From an uncultured Gemmatimonadaceae bacterium (GTDB lineage: Bacteria; Gemmatimonadota; Gemmatimonadetes; Gemmatimonadales; GWC2-71-9): DNA of 64,000 nt. The stretch covers positions 68,859 to 132,858 of the forward strand of contig CAZXRC010000005.1 in NCBI GenBank assembly GCA_964642475.1, given 5' to 3'. Within the stretch, counting starts at the first letter, position 1; each line of letters opens with the position of its first letter. The notes beneath the pieces are model-generated. The model ran no database searches. It saw nothing but the letters and a program-made list of their open reading frames with translations, and was not told where the DNA came from. Positions 57,389 to 64,000 of this stretch are shown here, piece after piece. The translations under genes and the position numbers were made by a program.

Positions 57389-57739
57389 TTGACCATGTCC
57401 ATCGATCCCATGAAGTCGGCAGGCGCCGGCGGCGCAGGCGGGTCCCGCATCGACCAGGCACCCGGCAACCAGTCCGCCCGGCAGTCGAGCCAGGTCCAGC
57501 GGGCGGCGGGCGAGCCGAAGAGCGCGGATGCCGGCGCCGGCGACGACAAGGTGCAACTCTCGGCCCGGGCCCGTGAATCGGGGGCGACCGACCGGACCAG
57601 CGCCTCGGGCCTTGGCGCCGAGCGGCTGCAGGAGATTCTCAAGCGCGTTACCACCGGGTACTACGACAGTCCCCAGGTGCTGGATCGGGTGGCCGAGCGA
57701 GTCAAGGATGACCTGACCGGGTCCGACCCGGTCGTGTAA
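57389..57739 (+). CDS. flgM: Anti-sigma28 factor FlgM
   Basis: DKVQLSARAR, RLQEILKRVTTGYY (R...IK..I..G.Y motif). Confidence 0.82.
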   Translation: MTMSIDPMKSAGAGGAGGSRIDQAPGNQSARQSSQVQRAAGEPKSADAGAGDDKVQLSARARESGATDRTSASGLGAERLQEILKRVTTGYYDSPQVLDRVAERVKDDLTGSDPVV

Positions 57740-57764
57740 GCACCCTGAGCGTACGGAGCAGACA

Positions 57765-58136
57765 ATGAAGTGCCTGGTCGTCGACGATTCCGCCACCATG
57801 CGCCGGATCGTGGTGAATGCTCTCAAGAGCATCGGATACGACAACGTGGTGGAAGCGGGCGACGGCAGCGATGCCCTGACGAAGTGTGACGGGTCCATCG
57901 AGCTGGTGATCACCGACTGGAACATGCCGGTGATGGGCGGACTCGAGTTCGTGAAGGGACTGCGGAGCAATCCCCAGCATGCCAAGACGCCGATTCTGAT
58001 GGTCACCACCCGCAGCGTGAAGGAAGACATCATGCAGGCGGTGGAGGCCGGCGTTTCGAGCTATATCCTCAAGCCGTTCACGCCCCAGGTGCTCAAGGAG
58101 AAGATCGACCAGATCCTCTCTGTTGGGTCGGCCTGA
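57765..58136 (+). CDS. cheY: Chemotaxis response regulator CheY
   Basis: LVVDDSATMRRIV, ITDWNMPVMGG, YILKPFTPQVLKEKI. Confidence 0.93.
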   Translation: MKCLVVDDSATMRRIVVNALKSIGYDNVVEAGDGSDALTKCDGSIELVITDWNMPVMGGLEFVKGLRSNPQHAKTPILMVTTRSVKEDIMQAVEAGVSSYILKPFTPQVLKEKIDQILSVGSA

Positions 58137-58153
58137 TTCTCTCGGAGGGTGTC

Positions 58154-58891
58154 ATGGATGTCGCCCTGGTCCGAGCGCTGGCGGCCGAGCTCGAGAGTAC
58201 GCTCGGGCTGACCACCGAGCTGCTCGAAGAACTCAAGAATCTGCGGGACCAATGGCCCCGGCTGGGGAAGCTGCCCCGGATCGCGGCCAAGCTCGCCGCC
58301 CAGCCCAATCTGGGCCAGCTCCCCGGCATTCTGCTCCGTGCGCACGCCGACATCACCGAGATCCTGGGCGGGATCCGCCTGACCCGCGAGGCCATCGAGG
58401 CCCATGCGGTGGAGCGGATCCGCGACACCCAGAACCGTCTCAGCAACGTCACCAGCACCACCGAGAGCGCCACCATCGAGCTGATGAACGGGCTCGACCG
58501 TTCGATCGAGCTGGTGAATTCGCTTGAGCAGCAGGCCAACCACAAGGCCAGCGCCGAAGGATTCCAGCAGCTCCGCGACGAGGTGAGCGCCCTCTACAAT
58601 CACCTGCAGTTCCAGGATATCACCTCGCAGCAGCTCCAGGGCGTCACCCATTCGCTGCTGGAACTCGAGGCCCGGGTGGCCACGGTAGCGGCCCTGTTCG
58701 ATCGGAACGCCGAAGCGGGAGGGCAGGAGCAGCTGCTCCCCATGTTCAGCTCCGGCTCCTCGGCCCACCTGGCCTTCAACCCGGACGCGACCATGTCGCG
58801 CTCCCGGGCGGACCAGACCATGGTCGACGCGGCCTTCGAGGGAGCCCGGAATGGTCAGGCCGATCCTGCCGGCCGCATCGCCGGGGGCTGA
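58154..58891 (+). CDS. cheZ: CheZ-like phosphatase
   Basis: TESATIELMN and LQFQDITSQQL (D-x3-Q catalytic motif). Directly after cheY. Confidence 0.75.
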   Translation: MDVALVRALAAELESTLGLTTELLEELKNLRDQWPRLGKLPRIAAKLAAQPNLGQLPGILLRAHADITEILGGIRLTREAIEAHAVERIRDTQNRLSNVTSTTESATIELMNGLDRSIELVNSLEQQANHKASAEGFQQLRDEVSALYNHLQFQDITSQQLQGVTHSLLELEARVATVAALFDRNAEAGGQEQLLPMFSSGSSAHLAFNPDATMSRSRADQTMVDAAFEGARNGQADPAGRIAGG

Positions 58892-60194
58892 GGCGGCGGA
58901 GCCGCCCGGCCACCCCGCCCTGTCCGACAGCATCCAGCGCGACAAGCTGGCGCTGATCGGGCAGATGGCCTCCTCCGTCGCCCACGAGCTGAGCAATCCG
59001 CTGGCGACCATCGTCGCCAGCGCTCAGAGCATCCTGGCCTTCTGGCCCCGCGGGGGCGGCCTGACCGGCGGCTCCTCGCCCGCCCCGGCCGAGTATCTGA
59101 ACCAGGGCATCCCCCTTCGCCAGCTCCGGGAGGACCTGGAGCTGATCCTGGTCGAGGCCCGCCGGGCGGGCGAGATCGTCCACGGACTCCTGGCCTCGGC
59201 CCGGCAGCATCCCCCTGAGTGGTGTATCTGCTCCGTGGCCGACGTGGTGCGCCGGACGGTGGCGCTCTCGCGCCATCACCTCAAGCTGCACAACATCGCG
59301 CTCCAGTCGCCCCGGTTCGATCCGCTCGAAGGGTATCCCCTCTGGAGCCGGATCCGGGGCGACGCCAATCAGCTGCAGCAGGTGCTCCTCAATCTGATCA
59401 TCAACGCCCAGCAGGCGATTGTGGCCGGCCGGGGCTACGGGGCGGTCCGTATCACCCTCGCGCCCGATGGGGCCGAGCGGATCGTCCTCGCGGTGGAGGA
59501 TGACGGCCCCGGGGTGCCGGACGAGCTGCGCGATACGATTTTCCAGGCGTTCTATACCACCAAGCCGGCCGGCAAGGGCACCGGCTTGGGCCTCTCGATC
59601 GTGGCCGGCATCGTCCAGGCCCACGGCGGCACCATCGCGGTGACCAACCGGGAGGGGGGCGGGGCCCGGTTTGCGGTGACCCTGCCTTCGCTGGGGGCCA
59701 CCGAGCGGCCCTCGGCCGACGGCGGTCCCGTCGACGCCTCGCCCGCCCGGATCGCTCACGAGCTCCCCGCTCCGCCTCAGGCGGGCGAGAGCGGCCTGCT
59801 CCGGGTCCTGCTCGTCGACGACGAGGCCGGCGTGCGGCGCAGCATCAGCCGCCTGCTCCGTCGCTCGGGCTTCTCCGTGACCGAAGCGGCCGGCGGCGAG
59901 GCGGCGCTCGAGCTCCTCCGTCAGAGCCGGTTCGACGTGGTGCTCTCGGATCTCCGGATGCCGGGGATCTCGGGCGAGGAGTTCTTCGAACGGATCCGGC
60001 GCGAGTTCCCCGCGATGACCGGCCGGGTGGTGTTCACCAGCGGCGACACCCTCCGGGAGGAGACCCAGAGCTTCCTCAAGAAGTGCGGCTGTCCCGCGCT
60101 GCAGAAGCCCTACGAGCTTTCCGAGCTGGTCCGGGTGCTGCGCTCGCTGCAGCCGGAGGCCCCCGTCACCCCCGCACGCCGGGCGCTGGCCTGA
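58851..60194 (+). CDS. Sensor-less hybrid histidine kinase
   Basis: SVAHELSNPL, NAQQA, DDGPG, GTGLGL, receiver VLSDLRMP. No input domain. Confidence 0.9.
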   Translation: MVRPILPAASPGAEAAEPPGHPALSDSIQRDKLALIGQMASSVAHELSNPLATIVASAQSILAFWPRGGGLTGGSSPAPAEYLNQGIPLRQLREDLELILVEARRAGEIVHGLLASARQHPPEWCICSVADVVRRTVALSRHHLKLHNIALQSPRFDPLEGYPLWSRIRGDANQLQQVLLNLIINAQQAIVAGRGYGAVRITLAPDGAERIVLAVEDDGPGVPDELRDTIFQAFYTTKPAGKGTGLGLSIVAGIVQAHGGTIAVTNREGGGARFAVTLPSLGATERPSADGGPVDASPARIAHELPAPPQAGESGLLRVLLVDDEAGVRRSISRLLRRSGFSVTEAAGGEAALELLRQSRFDVVLSDLRMPGISGEEFFERIRREFPAMTGRVVFTSGDTLREETQSFLKKCGCPALQKPYELSELVRVLRSLQPEAPVTPARRALA

Positions 60195-60198
60195 TCCG

Positions 60199-61788
60199 GT
60201 GCGCCCCCCGTTCCGCGCCGACCTGCGGCTGGATCCCTACCCGATGCCCGCCATGGATTCGTCGACGACCTCCCCGGCGGACCGGATGGTGCTGGCCGCG
60301 CTCCCCGATGCCGTGCTGGTGCTCGACCCGTTAGGGCTGGTACGGGATGCCAACCCCGCCGCCGAGCGTCTCTTTGGCCGGCCCCTGGAAGCTCTTCGAA
60401 GCGCGGCGATCGATCGGCTGCTGACGCTGCCGGATCATGCCGCCCTCGGGGGGCTGCTCCGGTCCGGCCGCTCGAACGGGTCCGACCGCTGGCCCGGCTC
60501 GCGAGGACGCACCCTCGATGGCCAGGAATTCGACTGCGACATCGCCGCCGCACCGCTCTCGGGCCCGGGGGCCCCGGGCCGATGGGTGGTGACCGTGACG
60601 CCTACCGGGGGCCGCGATTTCGCGCTGGTGCAGCGCCAGGAGTCGGCCAAGATGTCGGCGGTGGCCACGCTGGCCGCCGGCATCGCCAACGACTTCAACA
60701 ACGCGCTCGCCGCGATCAGCGGGAGCATCGAGGCGGCCCGCCTCCGCATCATCTCCCAGGACCGGGTCCCGCCCCGCGAGCTGATCGAAGTCAAGGAGGC
60801 CACCCGCGGCGCCGCCCGGCTGGTCCGCCGGCTGCTCAACTTCGCCCGGCCCGCGCCCGGATTGCGCCAGCCGATCGATCCCGCTCGGATCGTGGAGGAG
60901 GCCTGTCAGGTCCTCCGACGGGACCTCGATCCCCGGATCTCCCTGGTGACGCGACTCGACCACGGCGACTGGCGGATCCGGGCCGACCTGGAGCAGCTCA
61001 CCGACCTGCTGGTGAGCCTGGGGCACAACGCCCTCGAAGCGATGCCCCATGGCGGCGTCCTCACTCTCGCCACCGCCCGGGCCGCGGCCGGGGCCTGGGG
61101 CGCCCCGGCGGCCATCGCCAGCCGCGAGTTCGTGCGCATCGAGGTGCGGGACACCGGCGAAGGGATTCCTCCCGAGGTTCTGCCCCGGATCTTCGAGCCG
61201 TTCTTTACCACCAAGGCCCCGGGACGGGGATCGGGGCTGGGACTGGCGACCGCCTATGCGACCCTGCGCCAGCACGAGGGCGGGATCACCGTGGAGAGCG
61301 CCCCCGGCGCCGGCAGCCTGTTCCAGATTTATCTCCCGCGTACGCATGAGCCCGCCGGCGAGGCCCAACCGCCCCGGGGCATCGAGCCGGGCACCGGCAG
61401 CGGCACCATTCTGCTGGTGGACGATGAGGCCTCGGTGCGCCGACCGCTGCGGCAGGGCCTGGGCCTGTGCGGGTACACGGTAGTCGAGGCCCGCGACGGC
61501 CTGGAGGCGCTCCGGCTGCACGGCGACGGGAGTGCCCGATTCGACCTGGTGATCCTCGATGTCAGGATGCCGGGCATGTCGGGGTGGGATGTCCTGAGCG
61601 AGCTCAAGCGGAGGACCCCGTCGCTCCCGGTGATCCTGACCAGTGGTTATTCGCAGGAAGACAGTACCCCGCCGCCCAATGGCTCGGCCCCGGATGCTTA
61701 CCTCCCCAAGCCGTACGACCTGGCCGAACTCACCGCGCAGGTGCGACGGCTGTTGCCACCGCCCCGGGAGCCGGGTCATTCATCGTGA
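60199..61788 (+). CDS. PAS hybrid kinase-like protein lacking the phospho-His
   Basis: PAS, H-box reads [10 protein letters not shown], intact HATPase and receiver (ILDVRMP). Start may be 60244. Confidence 0.85.
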   Translation: MRPPFRADLRLDPYPMPAMDSSTTSPADRMVLAALPDAVLVLDPLGLVRDANPAAERLFGRPLEALRSAAIDRLLTLPDHAALGGLLRSGRSNGSDRWPGSRGRTLDGQEFDCDIAAAPLSGPGAPGRWVVTVTPTGGRDFALVQRQESAKMSAVATLAAGIANDFNNALAAISGSIEAARLRIISQDRVPPRELIEVKEATRGAARLVRRLLNFARPAPGLRQPIDPARIVEEACQVLRRDLDPRISLVTRLDHGDWRIRADLEQLTDLLVSLGHNALEAMPHGGVLTLATARAAAGAWGAPAAIASREFVRIEVRDTGEGIPPEVLPRIFEPFFTTKAPGRGSGLGLATAYATLRQHEGGITVESAPGAGSLFQIYLPRTHEPAGEAQPPRGIEPGTGSGTILLVDDEASVRRPLRQGLGLCGYTVVEARDGLEALRLHGDGSARFDLVILDVRMPGMSGWDVLSELKRRTPSLPVILTSGYSQEDSTPPPNGSAPDAYLPKPYDLAELTAQVRRLLPPPREPGHSS

Positions 61789-62321
61789 TGGTCCTCCTGG
61801 TCGACGATGAGCCGGTGTGTCGCCGGATCCTCCGGCGCCTGCTGTCCCGCTTTCCCGAAGTCGAAACCAGGGAGGCGGAAGATGGACAGGCGGCCTGGAC
61901 CATGCTCGGTGAGCTCCGGCCCGCCCTGATCCTCTGCGACCTGCAGATGCCGGTGATGGACGGCGTGACCCTGATCGGCAGGATCCGGGAGCACCCGGTC
62001 CTGCGCTCGGTACCGATCGTGGTCACCTCGGCCAGCAAAGACCGGGAGACGCTGCTGCAACTCAAGGACCTCGTACTGCTCGACTATCTGCTGAAACCCT
62101 TCGACCTGGTCCAGACCTTCGCCCGCCTGGAAAGGCACCTCGAGCCGCTGCTGCGGACCTACCGGGCGGCGCAGGCCGCCGCTCAGGCCGAAGCCCCGGC
62201 GGCTGCGGCGAGGGTCCAGGTCTTCACCCCGCCGGCCGCACCGGCGGCGCCGGCAGATGCAGGAGCGGCGGCGCCGGTGGCACAATCGCCGGGGGACGGC
62301 GAGGCCACACCAGCGGCGTAG
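61785..62321 (+). CDS. Single-domain response regulator with Ala/Pro tail
   Basis: Start overlaps the upstream stop. [20 protein letters not shown]. Confidence 0.88.
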   Translation: MMVLLVDDEPVCRRILRRLLSRFPEVETREAEDGQAAWTMLGELRPALILCDLQMPVMDGVTLIGRIREHPVLRSVPIVVTSASKDRETLLQLKDLVLLDYLLKPFDLVQTFARLERHLEPLLRTYRAAQAAAQAEAPAAAARVQVFTPPAAPAAPADAGAAAPVAQSPGDGEATPAA

Positions 62322-62367
62322 GTCGGCCGCCGTTGCTCCCCTCGGCCGCGTGGCTTACCCTCCAGCC

Positions 62368-62757
62368 ATGCGGCGTACTGTTTCCAGTGGGGCCAGGTGG
62401 GAACCGGTGGTGGGCTACTGTCGGGCGGTGCGCGTGGGAAACACGGTCCATGTGGCCGGGACCACCGCGATCGGGCCCGATGGCGCGGTGGTTGGTCCGG
62501 GGGATCCCTACGCCCAGGCGGTGCGGATCTTCCGGATCATCGAGGAGGCGCTGAAGGAGGTCGGCGCCGAACTGCGGCACGTGGTGCGCACCCGGATGTT
62601 CGTGACCGACATCAGCCAATGGGAAGCGGTCGGCCGGGCCCACGGCGAATTCTTCCGCGACATCCGCCCCGCCGCTACGATGGTGGAAGTGCGCCGCCTC
62701 ATCGACCCCGCCCTCCTGGTCGAAATCGAGGTGGATGCGGTCATCGACTCCGACTGA
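62368..62757 (+). CDS. RidA/YjgF/YER057c family protein
   Basis: Start [49 protein letters not shown]. Confidence 0.92.
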   Translation: MRRTVSSGARWEPVVGYCRAVRVGNTVHVAGTTAIGPDGAVVGPGDPYAQAVRIFRIIEEALKEVGAELRHVVRTRMFVTDISQWEAVGRAHGEFFRDIRPAATMVEVRRLIDPALLVEIEVDAVIDSD

Positions 62758-63117
62758 CTGCCATTCGATCACCGCGGCCCCGCGGGCGTGAGGGCAGTGA
62801 CGCTGCGTCGAGGTGCCCCCGGGACGTGAAGCAACTGTTATCCAGATCCGCCGGAACTGGTTAGCTCCTTTCGGGCCGAATTCACCCCCCTTTCAGCCGT
62901 CCCCCCCTACTGTATCCGTCCAGTGTGGACCCGACTGCGGGTTCACGCGGGCCCTTGGCAAGGCGGTGACGCATCGACTGGTCCCGTGTTTGCGGGGGTC
63001 GTCAGAGACCTGCGAGACGTACCGATGTACACCCGCCCGTGCCGGACCCTTCGCTTCTCAGCCGTTTCGAGTCGTACCTCATCCGTTGCCGGAAGCAGGG
63101 ATTCCGGCGGGAGAATC

Positions 63118-64000
63118 ATGCCCATGTCGCCAGGCACCCTCCGCGGGCGCCGGCTCGTCGCCGCCGTGCTGACCGGGTTCGTCCTGACCGGCATCGCCTG
63201 CGGTGATGACAACGGCACCGCCCCAGTCCGATCCACGTTCGAGGACGTCATCGCCAGCGGCGGCGACCTCCCCGAGGTCGCCGAGCACAGCCTCGTGACC
63301 GACTCGCTCAAGAGCACCGAGCTGCGGGGCAACGAGAACTGGTCGTGCGTTACGCGGACCTATGATGTCACCCGGGCCCCCGAAGACTTTCCCCTGTTCG
63401 ACCCCAACTCCGAGATCATCTATCCGGGCAACCTGCTCCAGGGCAAGAGCCTGACCCAGGCCACGCCGGAGCCGATTCCGGTGCGCCGGGGCGGCGGGAC
63501 CATCGTGGTGACGCTCAACAACGGGGCCACCGGCGGTGTCAGCCGGACGGTGCCGGTCGTGTCGCTGGGCTCGATCTATGACGCGGCCAACGACATCATC
63601 GGCACCAATCCGGGGAACCTCCCGGCCCGGTTCAACTTCGCCACCGAGCGGGTGGAATCCGACAAGCAGCTCTCGGTGGCCACCAACGCCAGCTGGGAGG
63701 CGTACAGCCTCTGGAAGATGAAGGGCGGCCTCTCGGTGTCGGTGAACACCCGGCGCAACCACAACAAGTTCCTGGTCAAGCTCAACCAGGCGTTCTACAC
63801 GGTGGCCTTCGAGCTGCCCACCTCGCCGGAGCAGATGTTCGCCGACGACGTGACCCCGGACGACCTCAAGCCGTTCGTCGGCTCGGGCAACCCCGCCACC
63901 TTCATCTCGTCAGTCACCTTCGGCCGGATCTTCTACCTGCTGATCGAATCGACCCAGAGCGCCGACAGCATCGCCGCCTCGATCAACCTCTCGTTCAGCG
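63118..64000 (+). CDS. Thiol-activated cytolysin family (CDC-like) probable lipoprotein, 3'-truncated
   Basis: My translation: signal peptide ending TGIA-C, IIYPGNLLQG, QAFYTV, NPATFISSVTFGR. Open to the window end, so absent from the ORF track. Confidence 0.85.
   Translation, partial: MPMSPGTLRGRRLVAAVLTGFVLTGIACGDDNGTAPVRSTFEDVIASGGDLPEVAEHSLVTDSLKSTELRGNENWSCVTRTYDVTRAPEDFPLFDPNSEIIYPGNLLQGKSLTQATPEPIPVRRGGGTIVVTLNNGATGGVSRTVPVVSLGSIYDAANDIIGTNPGNLPARFNFATERVESDKQLSVATNASWEAYSLWKMKGGLSVSVNTRRNHNKFLVKLNQAFYTVAFELPTSPEQMFADDVTPDDLKPFVGSGNPATFISSVTFGRIFYLLIESTQSADSIAASINLSFS

Noticed and set aside
62760-63117. Riboswitch or ncRNA (including c-di-GMP type) in this and other long spacers (35520-35826, 47700-47940, 12110-12360)
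   Set aside because: Only generic short hairpins were seen and I could not match any known family by eye. An Infernal/Rfam scan would be needed.

Overview
High-GC bacterial DNA dominated by a near-complete flagellar gene cluster (about 13.3-58.9 kb). The gene set (flgAHI with fliW/csrA, flhF/flhG, a sigma54 activator and sigma28/FlgM) indicates a diderm, probably polarly flagellated organism. Gemmatimonadota is my guess, not verified. The cluster holds motAB, a long minus-strand run flgB-flgC-fliE-F-G-H-I-J-motE-like-fliK-flgD-flgE / fliL-M-N-[fliO-fliP fusion]-Q-R-flhB-flhA-flhF-flhG-fliA / flgF-G-A-H-I-J-N-K-csrA, and plus-strand flgL-fliW, fliC-fliD-fliS, flgM-cheY-cheZ-like. Three well-spaced sigma54 promoters and about nine sigma28-type promoters (TCAAG-N14/15-GCCGATA) can be read directly from the sequence. 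They pull several non-canonical genes into the motility regulon: a split Aer-like PAS + soluble MCP pair, a REC-pseudoREC-CheX protein, an HDOD protein, a TPR-glycosyltransferase and a FlgM-like small protein. The flanks carry many hybrid histidine kinases, one lacking its phospho-His. Two accessory items stand out. One is a four-gene module at 8.3-10.8 kb (small C-terminal PCPPxC protein, 7-TM protein, NarX-type kinase, NarL-type regulator) that looks like an uncharacterised signalling loop. The other is a cholesterol-dependent-cytolysin-like probable lipoprotein running off the right end, absent from the ORF track. I found no cheA/cheW/cheR/cheB, rRNA, tRNA, transposase or CRISPR array.
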